Shown: piece by piece, positions 36,026-48,800 of the stretch
How the letters are laid out: every line of letters begins with the position of its first letter
Position numbering within the stretch: the first letter of the stretch is position 1
Origin: Podospora anserina
Taxonomy: Eukaryota
Direction: 5' to 3'
Length of the DNA: 64,000 bases
NCBI GenBank assembly: GCA_017654855.1
Contig: CM030337.1
Location: 1,736,001 to 1,800,000, forward strand
Notes under the pieces: model-generated
What the model was told of the DNA's origin: nothing
The model's input: the letters and a program-made list of their open reading frames with translations, nothing else
Databases searched by the model: none
Program-made: the position numbers and the translations under genes

Positions 36026-36952
36026 ATGGAAGACAATGAAGACTGCGGAACTAAGGTATATACTTTAACTTCTAAATACTAAAATTTACTATTATTAATC
36101 GTAGTTCTATAGGACATACAGTTTGGCTTCCGACGTTTTCGAGCACCTGCAAAACGAATCTACGCGAATCGGAATGTCTTTCTCTTGGATGTCCCGCCGA
36201 ACCCAATTGCTAGCTGGCTATTATTTTGGATGCCGCAGCTCGTCCGCTGGCTACAGCGATTACTACCAGAGTGGTTCTTGCCGACAACTGTTATTCTAAA
36301 GGAGCGAAACCCCACCAAGGCTGATAGCTACGAAAACGAAATCGATACATACCTGCATCTTCGATCCCTCCAGGGTACCCACATCCCGCGTTTGTTTGGT
36401 GAAGTAACCGTTAGCGACCCCCACGCGCAGAGATACCAGATCAGTAAGCGACCCACTCCTGCTATCCTCCTAGAAAACGTCGAAGGAGTATCGCTATACA
36501 ATCTTCCAACCGAAGAGCTAGGGAATCCTCGCCTTCTTGAGGAACTCGAGGATATGTATAACCTACTTACGGAAAAAGGGGTTGTTCATGGGGATCCAAA
36601 GCTCCACAACTTTCTACGTGTTGATAAGAAGATCGTTGCTATCGACTTTGAGTTGTCCTACCCTCTTCCTAGTGATATAACGAATGAGCATGAATTGGAG
36701 GAATTAAAGAGCGAGATTAAGGAACGGGAAAAGCAGGCACAGGAGGCAAAATTGGAACGTCTCGTCCCGGGCCCTGTCATTGTAAATGGTTTACGGGTAC
36801 GAAAGAGGACGGATTTGCCGCCTTCCGGCACAACGACCCATAACGAGCAGAGGGGTGACGAGGGGCTGTCTACCCTGGGAGCTCAGCTACCTAAGGTGTG
36901 TTCTCGGCACGGGCGTGTTGGGCCGCGGCCGGGAACGACATATGGTGGATGA
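36026..36952 (+). CDS. Atypical protein kinase-like protein (same motif style as the SPOK kinase domain), 2 exons
   Basis: VILKE (beta3 Lys), ENEIDTYLHLRSLQGTHIPRLFG, ILLENVEG, HGDPKLHNFL (catalytic loop) and IDFE. Confidence 0.85.
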
Positions 36953-38386
36953 GGTGGAGAGGTGGTGTGGTGAGAAAGAAGGGGAGGAAATGGAGGTTAG
37001 CGGAAAGTGAGACGTGGGGGGTGCACTCGGGAAGGATGGATGGGCACTGACGGGAGTAGGAGGGGTTTCTATGTAGGAGCCGGGTGGCCGGGTTTATCTG
37101 CCGTTTAGCTCTTCTCCCTTAGTCAAATCACATGTTAGGCAAGGCCGAGCTCCGGCATGCCGACAAGAGGAGTGTGCTCGCGTGGATCTTCAACTGTACG
37201 CAACTGCTTCTGGCCTTCGTGTTCGACGGGTACTGCTAGATTCTGTAACACATTAGCAAGACATCTCAGGAAGGAAAGGACCGTCTCACCTTTTGATGTA
37301 GTATCCTGCCCTTCGGGTATAAGTGGATTGAAGAAGCCATTCACTGGGCACTGCTTCCCACGCGGCCACAATTGCCCGGCGAAGTGGCCCAGGCCGTGGG
37401 TTTTCCACATCGTAATGTAATTCAATTCAATTTTTCATCCAAAACCTCACATGTTCAATAGGATTCAAATCAGGACTTTTTGCCGGCCAATTCAAATGTT
37501 CAATGCCCACACTGGTCATGACGCACAGGCCAACCCGCAACAGATTCTTAAATGTTACAGGCGATGGAGACTTTGACTGACGTGCCTGTCCCGCCCCTGC
37601 CCCACTCCTTTTTTTCGGCCTGGCTTCCTTCTGACTCTTGGCACGTGCCTGGCCAAGTCAGGCTCCATCAAAGGAGCCCCCACCTGTAACTCCGCTCGAC
37701 CACGACATTCCCGCAACGACCTCCAGCGTGCTGATCTCGCTCATGGACCCAATAACTTCGCTACCAGTACATGCCAACGCAGAATCACAAACTCATGTCT
37801 CAAAGCCAGCAGGCGTACAGTGAACGGGACTAGGCCCATCGGCCGTCGTATTGAGCGGGAGATCCAACTATCTAATTAACCCTAGCCAACCCGAGACAGT
37901 TTCCACATTGGTGGTACGTGCTGTCACATGCATGACGGGTAAGGTCCACCATAAATCAAAATTGTTATGATATCATGGCGTCTCCAAAGCAAGGCCCCCC
38001 TTGACAGCAGGTAGCAATAGCGCAACAACATCCAGCGATACCCGTAAGAACTTGTCTAACCCAAGATATTTCACCCCCTCTCATCGTTGTTGTGGTGGCT
38101 GTTGGTTGCAGCTCAAAATTCATCCTCTCTTTTTGACTGATATTCGGGCATTTCGTCGAGTGTTCACCGGCTGACATGGCTGAAGCTGGCATGTCGATCT
38201 GCGAATGTAAGCGTGGTGATCTGGTCTATCAAGAGATGTGGTAAGGTACCTTGAGTCAAGCAACGGGGAGAGCTTCTGAGGAGATAAATTACGTTATTTG
38301 TGGAAGTGGTATAGGAAAAAGGCACGTTCAAGACGAAGACCATACGTTCTTTTTAAGGGATACAGAAGAGATTGAAGCATGTGTTT

Positions 38387-38556
38387 GGCGGAGGGAGTGG
38401 CGGAGGGAGAGGGCGGAGGGAGTGGCGGAGGGAGTGGCGGAGGGAGAGGGCGGAGGGAGTGGCGGAGGGAGTGGCGGAGGGAGAGGGCGGAGGGAGTGGC
38501 GGAGGGAGAGGGCGGAGGGAGGGGCGGAGGGAGGGGCGGAGGGAGGGGCGGGCGGA
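38387..38556. repeat. G-rich array of GGCGGAGGGAG(T/AG/G) 12-13-mers
   Basis: About a dozen copies; the core is the reverse complement of the CTCCCTCCGCC core of the 6061 array. Confidence 0.9.
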
Positions 38557-38589
38557 GCAGAGACCGAGGGAGAGGATTGCAGGGGTCAA

Positions 38590-39260
38590 GGAGATGCAAG
38601 TGTCGCTTTTCCGCAGAACGGTACCTGTTTTTTATTACCGGCATACCACCATATATAGTCAGATATCCCGAAGATATCGAACCGCCGCCAGCCACGTTCC
38701 ATAGCTTTGGTCGGCAGCCCGATATGTGGGAACGATTCTCTCAGCCGTATGTTTCCCAGCTTGGGAAGATTGTATTGCCATTGGAAATGCCCGAGTTTCT
38801 TTCGCACGCTCTGGGCAATCAGTCCCCACTTCCCCAGCTCCAGGCATAGGTACTTATGAGAGGAAATATAAGGGAATCTTGCGCCAACATGAATCCAAAT
38901 ACGTTCCACTATCACTGCCCACTGTATCACCACGATATATTTCCCTCCAGATTCACGCGTATAAATCAATTATTACTACCAGGATTGCAAGTATGTCCTG
39001 CCTGCGAATGGGAAACTCAGTCCTTCCCGGTCTTCTTCCCGATGGAGTTACTGCGGTCGAAGCATGATTTCAGGGTCACTTACGACATGTCCCTTGGAAA
39101 GTACTCACGTTTGTCTGACATATATCGCTCTAGAAGCCCCATCATCAGATTCATTAGGAAGGAAAGAGTGCTGAACATGAAAGAAAGAAACTCGGAGATT
39201 TCTCACGATATTGCCGCTGCCCGCTTAAGCAGAACTGGAAAGGTCATCTGCTCTCATTAG
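38590..39260 (+). pseudogene. Hypothetical protein with in-frame TAG at 38847-38849
   Basis: ORFs ending 38849 and starting 38856 share a frame (LQA*VLMRGN). The start is uncertain. Confidence 0.35.
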
Positions 39261-39603
39261 CGCGGATTGGCTATTTCTGACGCTCCCAGTTTCAGTTTGA
39301 CCCCTCTTCACCAACGCTCTCAGATTAGAGTGGCTCGGTAGATCCCGAGTTAGAACGGCGCGGTCGGCCGTGCCATGACACCGTCGCCCGAGGACAAGAG
39401 TTGATGGATGCCGCTGGCGGCGCGGTTGTCATTGGTGGCATTTCTGCTCCACTAACAGGTCAACGACGGCACGGTTGCTGAGCGATTGTTGCTTCATATT
39501 CCTGTGGCCGTTTCAGATGACCCTTATAATTCAGCACTTAGAGCTCTCAAATTTTGCAAATTCAGCATCATCGTACCATCCTCGGCCCCATCAGCTCAAA
39601 AAG

Positions 39604-40227
39604 ATGACCAGAAGTGCGACTCTCCGACGGCCCAAGGCATCCCGTGCTATGCCCAAAAAGCGTCGAACAACCCGTGCTCCCAAAAAATATGGCGGCGCCT
39701 GCAAGCGGCATACCTCGCGCGCTCACAAATGCTCGGTTGGTTTCCAGCACCTAACGGGCAACATAGAAGCCACCATATCATCACCGAATGAACACACGAA
39801 CGAACCCGGCCCGGAAGGCAACACTGATCTTGCGACAATCCAAGCCATACAACCCCAAACGACTCAGTCACAGGCCTTCGATTTGATTGATCAAGTTTTG
39901 ATGGCGGAGTGGGACTCCCTTTTCGAACAGCCTCAGAATTCTTTCCCGGAAGGCCAATATCAATTTCAGATGGCAGAATGGGACTTTCTTGCCTCTGTGT
40001 GGGCCGCCCCGGGCCTGGCCGGGGGGACCGAAGATGCGGCAGGATTTGGCTATGACTGGACGAATTTTGATGAAAATTCCACCAAGTTGGACCATGGTTA
40101 TGCGGGGCTGGTTGATGGCAGCATGGGCTCGGATAATGGCCAGCTTTTTGGTTTAGAAGATATTTGGAGTGGGTTGGAAGCATACGATATACATCAGTTC
40201 ATGGACAGTCATATTGGGGAAATGTAA
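39604..40227 (+). CDS. Hypothetical protein: basic N-terminus with ACKRH..HKC motif and acidic/aromatic activation-domain-like C-terminus
   Basis: PKKRRTTRAPKKYGGACKRHTSRAHKC and a D/E/F/W-rich tail; convergent with the captain. Confidence 0.45.
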   Translation: MTRSATLRRPKASRAMPKKRRTTRAPKKYGGACKRHTSRAHKCSVGFQHLTGNIEATISSPNEHTNEPGPEGNTDLATIQAIQPQTTQSQAFDLIDQVLMAEWDSLFEQPQNSFPEGQYQFQMAEWDFLASVWAAPGLAGGTEDAAGFGYDWTNFDENSTKLDHGYAGLVDGSMGSDNGQLFGLEDIWSGLEAYDIHQFMDSHIGEM

Positions 40228-40475
40228 AGGCTGAATTAGATTACTTAAAATGTAGTTGGAAGGTGATGTTGTTATTTACGGTGGTGGGCTGAAGATAAAT
40301 AAAAGACAGATATAGGTCGCCAGGAGTAAATACACATGAAAGATTTTGCTACCAAGAAACTGAGAAGCTACCTTAGGTAAAGACGAAAAAACTCCATGCT
40401 TGAAGACCCCAAATCACGAACGAACTGTTATGTCTACTACGCTTGAGTCAAAGTGCTGCTACCAACTGGGAAAGC

Positions 40476-43050
40476 CTACATACTCTCTTTCCGCTTTTTC
40501 GTATCAATGTCCTGGACACCGTCATCCTTCCTTTTCCGCTTTCTTTCTATCTTGCCACACACAGCTGTTCCCGCTTGTCCGTCCTGCTGATGACAGTTCC
40601 ATGTATGGTCCAACCACTCCTCGCGTGTTTTTATTTCCACCGCTACCAAACCTTTCCTCTTGCATTCCGGGCATTCAAATGGCTTTTTGAACATCTTGCT
40701 ATGGGACTTATTGACATGTCTTGAGTGGCTATTTCCGGGGTGGTGCATTTGTTCGCAAAACAGGCATCGGGCTGATCTGGTCGTTGGTGTTTTAGTTGGA
40801 CGTCCCTTTTTGTCAGACCTTTTACTAGGCAACCACGGCGTATAATTTATACCGTGGCACTTGGCTGTGTGGTTACTCCACGCCTGAGGACCTTCAATAA
40901 TAATATCGGGACAAAGGGGGCATGGTATAGGTTTGTCGAACGTCCCCTTCTTGAAGTGTTGATCTTGGTTGTGCCGTGTTAAACCATTACGGTTAGCGAA
41001 GGTGCGTTGGCAAAAGAGGCATGTCCATGCCTTAGTATCAGGTTCCTCAACCATCGTCTGCGCTTCGGTGAGAGAATGTATCACTGCCTTAAGCTCTGTG
41101 ACACGGTGCCCCAAATATGAGACGAGCATTCGACAGTATATCTCGGTTCTCCTTGGCTTCCCAAGATCTCTGCCAGCCAAAAACCTGCCCATGTAACCTC
41201 CTTGGTCGTGAGGATGGGGGGCAGGAGGGGTGCCTCGGGGTATCGGGATATCTTCAATCGACTGGCCTAGCGCCCGGCGTCGATCCACCTCTTCCAAATA
41301 TTCACCTCTCCGCTTTTCCACCATCAAGGCCAGTATCTGTTTCCGTCTATTCGCCAGCGTAGCATAAGCTCGACTGATATCGGGAGAGGAGGATCTTGTT
41401 TTTGCCTGTTCATACTCCCAAGTAAGCTTGGTAATATCCTCACGTTGTCGTAGACTTTTCTCATCCTCTTCGGTAGGATATAGGGGTGCATTGACGTCTC
41501 TGAGAAGTGTGGCGCGCTGAAGACTGCGAAAGAGTGAGTGGTGTTCTCCTGCGGCATCAGTGCCAAATATGATTGGCATAAGCTCCTGGCGTATATGCTC
41601 TGGCTGGTAGCTCGATTCAAACACAGCTGTTGTATTTGACATAAGGTGACCGCGCAAGGCCGGAGTCAGAGGGCCTGTGTCAAGGTTAGTGAGGGCTTTG
41701 AAAGATCGTCAGGTTTGAATCGTACCATCGAGGAGAGACCCTGCACCAACGCGCAGCGAGTAAGGCCTGATCGTGTCGCGGTTTCCCGCCACACGCCACA
41801 ACTCATTCCACATGCCCCAATACTTATAGTAGGGCATAGGGAAAATCTCTTGCTCCATTTTGTCTTCTTTCCATCTAAGATCGAGGCAGTCCGTCTGGTC
41901 TAAGTTTGGTCGCGTCAGTATCTCCTCTAAAGAACCAAACTCAGCCTCGAAAGCATTGTCGTGAATAGCTTGTGCGATAATCAAGCTGAGAAGACAGATC
42001 GTCTGGCATGGGACAAGAGTAATAGAGAATTGTACGCTATAAAATATTAGAAGAGGAGTCTCAAAGTACTATTTGCTGACCACTTACACTGCATTGTGTG
42101 AGTTTGCGGTATACTGGCGCCTCTTATTGTGAACAATCTTAATCGTTGCGCAAATCGCAAGATTTTTCGGATTATTATCAACTCGCAAGCATCGAATACG
42201 AACATGCTGATATTTAAAGGAGACAATAGAGCCAGGGCGGAACCCAAATCCTGCGAGTAGAAGGACCGAGTGAAATGCAACCCGTTGCCTTGCGGTACAT
42301 CGGAGATCTGATGGTCGTGTCCAGAGCGTGTCCAAAAGGAGAATAATATCGTCAGATGTTAGAACTTTCTTCTCAAATGTTTGCTCCCTGGATAAATAAA
42401 GCTCATCGCTCAATTCAACTCGAATCCACTACGTAACTAGTTAATACTTGATCGAAAATAAGAAAATGAAAAGACTAACCCTGGATACATCGGCGACAGG
42501 TCCAGACCCGGGATTGCCCCCGGCCCCCACGTCCGCCCATCTTAACTTCCATTTATGTCTATTATTCGGGTCGTTGTGTCGTGCTTCGTTCAGAATAGTT
42601 GTGTCGGCCATGTAGACGATATTCCTCCAGAAAGTAAGAGCCGACTTCGCCGCGGATATGGTCTGAACTACTTGTGTTTCGGATTTACCAATGGCCGGGC
42701 GCTTTTGTCGTGACCGTAGAACGTACTCATAGAGAAATGCCCGAATCAGGCTTTTGGGTTTATCCTTATTCTCACAAAAGTCCATCCAAGCAGTCGTCAT
42801 GCTGTAATCTTGGTAGGGAATAGTACGATACCACCTACGAAGCTGTTAGTGGCTTGCCTTCTTGAACTATTTAAGGTACTAACCACTCAAACTTTTGCCA
42901 ATCTCTTTGGGCGGCTTCCTGGGCTTTTTTACTGACGGGTACAAACTCGAGGATCGGATTTGACTCAAACCGCTGGATAAGTTGAGCAGCGCTTACGAGC
43001 CCGGCGTCCTCATCATCCGAGTCGAGTGAAATTTGGAGAACTCGAGGCAT
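40476..43050 (-). CDS. Starship captain: DUF3435 tyrosine recombinase with four C-terminal C2H2 zinc fingers, 5 exons, ~790 aa
   Basis: Four GT-AG introns splice in frame with no stops. Motifs GFRPGSI (R), HNKR (K), RPYSLRVGAG (YxxR), LMSN..VFESSY (Tyr) and RDVNAP. Fingers: CLFC..H..H, CPLC..H..H, CLFC..H..H and CPEC..H..H. Confidence 0.92.
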
Positions 43051-43096
43051 GGTTATTAGAAGGCGTGGACGAGGATATGCTTGACGTGATGCTGGT

Positions 43097-43152
43097 GGAT
43101 GATGGTTGATGGATGATGGTTGATGGATGATGGTTGATGGATGATGGTTGAT
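43097..43152. repeat. GGATGATGGTTGAT x4 in the captain 5' leader/promoter
   Basis: Four perfect 14-bp copies. Confidence 0.9.
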
Positions 43153-43400
43153 GGATGGTGGGTTGAGTTGGCTAGCTGATGTTAACCCGCAACGAAATGA
43201 TGGCGGGAATCCATATAAATATTATGGATTAAAATTATCTATTTAAAGTAGTGGCGCTGGCATAACGGTGTTTTGGACGTTATGGCTACGCCATTTAAAA
43301 CGGGCACAGCCGTTAATTGCTTAACATGAAGATCTGTCGCGGCCATTTTCAGCCCTCGTTCTGTCACAAATTTGGGTGGTAGATATCTCAAAAGATAAAA

Positions 43401-43461
43401 CTGGTAGAGCCGAACCAGTACTCAGGTGGGTTTCCACTGGGGAATCCTCGGTGTTGTATGT
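43401..43461 (+). rRNA. 3' half of a 5S rRNA gene (about nt 58-118), interrupted by the Starship
   Basis: CTGGTAGAGCCGAACCAGTACTCAGGTGGGTTTCCACTGGGGAATCCTCGGTGTTGTATG shows loop E AGTA/GAA, helix GTGG/CCAC, CCGA/TCGG pairing and the ascomycete 5S end TGTTGTATG. The upstream sequence is not 5S-like. Confidence 0.85.
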
Positions 43462-43462
43462 A

Positions 43463-43468
43463 TTTTTT
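43463..43468 (+). terminator. RNA polymerase III oligo-T terminator of the 5S gene
   Basis: TTTTTT immediately after the 5S 3' end. Confidence 0.7.
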
Positions 43469-44041
43469 GGTCTATTTCCCCCCCTAAGCCCTTTTCTAAG
43501 GGCTAGCATTTACTACATATTCACCATCCGGCTCCTTGATTGCTTTATCTTGGAGTGTCAAGACATGTTCACACGAAAGATTAAGCATAGTGGGTGGATC
43601 AGGTAGCACGGCATTTCACTAGTGCGATTACTTTTGGAAGCTGCACCGGCACATCACCTGCCTCCCGCGTTTGAAGATAGACAGCTTGCAGGTGAGCCCC
43701 CATCTTTAGGAAGAAATATACCTCATGATTCCTGGATACAAAATGTGGGATGAGACAGCGGGAGCAGTCGTCATACCCCACGGGATTCCTCATGCAGAGA
43801 GCAGCACTGCGGCTGAGCGCTCAAGGGGGAAGGACGTTGAGGTGTGGCGTATGCAGCTTGCGAAAAGGGGGAAGGTGGGCGGTGGGTTGTTATCAGATGG
43901 GCTTCATGAGGGAGGGACATGATGCCATTCAGTTGAGGCAACGACTTGCAGATAAATACGATGATTCATCATGGCAATCTCTAGCTTAGCTGCCCAACCT
44001 CATCCATATCTTCAAACACTGCCCGCTTATCACCTGCCGAA

Positions 44042-45470
<1,429 letters not shown>

Positions 45471-45881
45471 GGGTTGCCAGGGACGAGAGTAGGGGGGTTG
45501 TAAGTAGGTAGGTATATGTGCTCGGCAACATTGTTCTTAGTGACATATGTGGGAAACGATCTGTGACTTTGTAAGTAGGCATTCATGTGTTTCGCTTGAG
45601 TTACACTGTGTTTATATGGAATGGTATAAAGTCATCATCATGATGTATCTCTTGCTAACTCGCGGGCAAGACGCTCATTATAATGGTTACCTAAACCATT
45701 GCGTACCCAGTGGCCCGCCAAACTTATTAACTCCAGCCCAACTCCTGCCAAAAACTGAATGAGCTCATAAACAATGGAACATAATTTCTCCATGATCTCG
45801 TGTAAATCCTCAAGAAAATCGCTAATTTCACGCTCACACCTTAACAAACCCAAAAGTACCTGATACCCTGTTCTGTTCCAG

Positions 45882-48800
45882 CTACCTCCTAGTATTTTTC
45901 TTGCGTCTCCTTTCAGCCCAATGTAGGAAATGAGCTGATCTGAGCTGAGCCGGCCCTTGACTTGACTTGGCTCGGGCGAGCTTCTCGAAAGTCGTCCCGT
46001 GGTCTTGCAGCGCCAGAGCGAGCCGGATGACGGTGGAAAATAACTCAAAGGTTAGGTCTTCGATGTTGTGCAGGTCTACTGGCTTGGTTGGTGGTTCAGG
46101 TGGTTTCTCGTGGATGTCCCCTTTGGCAGGCACTGTTGTCACAGCATCCTGGTAGCAAGCGCAACGGTCGCCGTATTCGATGAGATGCTTGACGAGTTCG
46201 AGGATATCGCTCACTGTCCAGATACCAGTCTGTGACGTGACTCGTAATTCGGGGAGCACTGCTTCTGTGTCGGCGTCGCCGCCAGAGACTGACGTCTGGG
46301 CCATCTCTTCGAACCGTCTCTGTTTTTGTCTCTGTTGCGTGAGTTCCATGGTGATTGCGTCGGCCCTTGCCATTGAATTCGTCACGGCAAAGGCGTCATT
46401 CTTTGTCGAAGGGCTCATCATGACTTGGTCGGAGTCATCATCCCCCGGGTGCCTCATCATGTACCGTTGTCTTCGGGTTGAAGCTTTCATGTACATCGCG
46501 CGCTCACGAGGCCATCCAAACCATGGATCTGGATCATACCTTTCACCGTAACCGTACCATGGTTCGTCAAACTCTGGTAATGCCCATTGGAATGATGACA
46601 GGGCGGTGTTGTCACGGTGCTCGCGGCGGCGGAGCGAGCGGCTGACTCGGTCAAGGCATCTCGATATCAGCTCACGGATTCGACCGAGAACGTAATTAAT
46701 GCCAGCCCAGAAGCGGGCCTTGCTCAAGAAGTCCTGGTGGCGCAGATGATTCATGGTATTTTCGTGATGGGGAACAACCCGCTTGATGGCGTCTAGCTGA
46801 TCTTGGAAAGGAATTCTGGCGAGCAGCCGCCTATTGATAAACGCCTCATCCGGCATGGTGGTCATGGGGATTGTCCATTGATGGACAACGCTTGCGAGAA
46901 GTTCATGCTCTCCGAGGGCCTCTTCTTCTAGCCAGCTGGGTGCTGATGCCTTAAGCAATGTCTCGTAGTTTGTCGAGGCGAAATCCAGAACATTCATCCT
47001 GTTATACCGCGGCCGGGGATCGAGGGACGACCTCACCCTGCTGTACGCCAAGGTCCAGAACATGGGAGATTCGAGCCATTCGGCATTTTTGGATCGTAAC
47101 ATCTCAAGGACCTCGTCCGATCCCTTGACCAAGGAAACCCTAGGATGCGCAAATGCGGCCTGGGCAGCTGTGCCGAAACAGCCAGCAACTATGTTGGGGT
47201 CGGCATCGTTGGCCAGGAGTAGCTTGATGGTACTGATCTTCCTGGATGCGCAGGCCGCCTGCAGAGCGGTGCCGAAGGGGTCGGCGAGATGATCTACGGC
47301 CACGCCAGGTGGCTCAAGAAGTAGTTTGACGACCGCATCATGGCCGCGGAATGCTGCGACGTGCAGTGGACTACCAAGATTTCCATCTGCTTGGTCACCT
47401 GTCTTTGTGTCGGCGTGGAGCAGCTTCATTGCTTGGAATAGGCTTTTCACCACTTCAAGGTGACCCTCGGCTGCAGCTGCATACAGCGCAGTCCCGTGGG
47501 GTCCTTTCTCCGCATTCACATCGGCGCCTTGTTGGAGCAGGAGGTTAATAATATCAGATTCACCCCGAACTGCAGCCAGTTGGAGAGCGGTTCCCTCTAG
47601 ACCACGTTGGTCCAGGGCCCTGCGTCGAGCGGGAAGATTGGTGTGCAACTTGGACATCTCTTCGACAAGCCGTGTGAGGATGCCATTGAGCTCCAGCTTG
47701 ACGGCGTAGTAGACAGCAGAGGGTGGCTTTTTGTTTCCCCGTCCGTCAGGATCATAGATATCTAGCCAAGCCCGCATCTTCTCCTTGTCTAGCAGAAGCT
47801 TGGAGCAAATCTCGCTCTCCAGCTCTTTGAGCCTGGCTGGAAATCCTTTGTCACTGCCAATAGCATTGAATTGACCTTCGTTGCTATGAATCTCATTGTA
47901 GTGGCAGAACCAAAATTCGGCCGCGTATCCCCGAGCTGGAACATCGATGCTCTTCCTGCTTGCTGTTTTGATGGGGGCGCGCCGGTCCGGCGCTGAATCA
48001 TCTGGACTGGTGTCCTGTGTGCGCCAGGCGTCAGAGCCGTGGCCGCTGGCATCGATAGTGACACGGCGGCGGTTGGGGCCGGAGGCGGACGAAACAAGAC
48101 GGTCCGAATCACTATCGCTACTTGACGTGTTCTCGATAGCATCGCCTTTCTTCTTGTTCGTCTTCGTCGGCCGGAAGGCTGATAGGATCTCCAAGCAGCG
48201 TTTGGTGATGAGAAGGTGTGCGTCGTGTTTCTGGGGCGGCAGAAGGCGCTCGATGTTCCCAGACCTGATGGTTTCCTGCCCCTTGGGAGCTCGGGAGAAG
48301 GGGTCTTTCAGATACTCTTGGACTGAGAAGTGGGTGAAGCGAAAGACGTCCACCTCGTCCTCCGTGGCCGTCTCCACAAGTACTCTTGGACAGATCCCTG
48401 CGACTTCCTTTGCGTTTCGAAGTTTGACCACTGCCGCAAGCTCGGCTTGCGAGAGCGGCCGCTTTTGATTCATGAGCCAAAGGAGAATGTCCTTCAGCCT
48501 TTTAACGCTGTTGGCCGCCACTTTCTCCAGCGCATCTTGCTACCTGACGGCAATGTTTTCTGGCAATTTCCTCAATTCCGCTGTGACCTCTGCTGGCTCG
48601 TGACACGCTGACACTTGTTTGAGAATAGACCGTGCCCAGTGAAAGTTGCTGCCTTGGCTGCTTTGGTAATGCCCGAGACGCTGCTTAACCTCGCCCTTCA
48701 GAGAGTCCTCTCCCTTCAAGACAGGAGTGTCCTCTAGTTTCCTCTCCACAAATGTTTCAAGAACTTTGCCAAGTCCCTGCTCAACATCTACTGACACCAC

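Larger units (their letters stand above)
1..43400 (-). mobile_element. Starship giant transposon (captain-proximal portion; distal end lies left of window), inserted in a 5S rRNA gene
   Basis: The DUF3435-type tyrosine recombinase is the first gene inside the boundary and points into the element. The 5S rRNA 3' half starts ~350 bp upstream of its ATG, and no matching 5S 5' half was found in the window. Atypical cargo lies to the left and host-like genes to the right. Confidence 0.85.

Noticed and set aside
34881-36952. Calling the pair a true Spok gene
   Set aside because: They are two separate genes without the SPOK N-terminal coiled-coil or Cys cluster. Only domain-level analogy is supportable.
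38251-38704. Overlapping Gly/Pro/Arg-rich ORFs
   Set aside because: They are artefacts of the G-rich tandem array.
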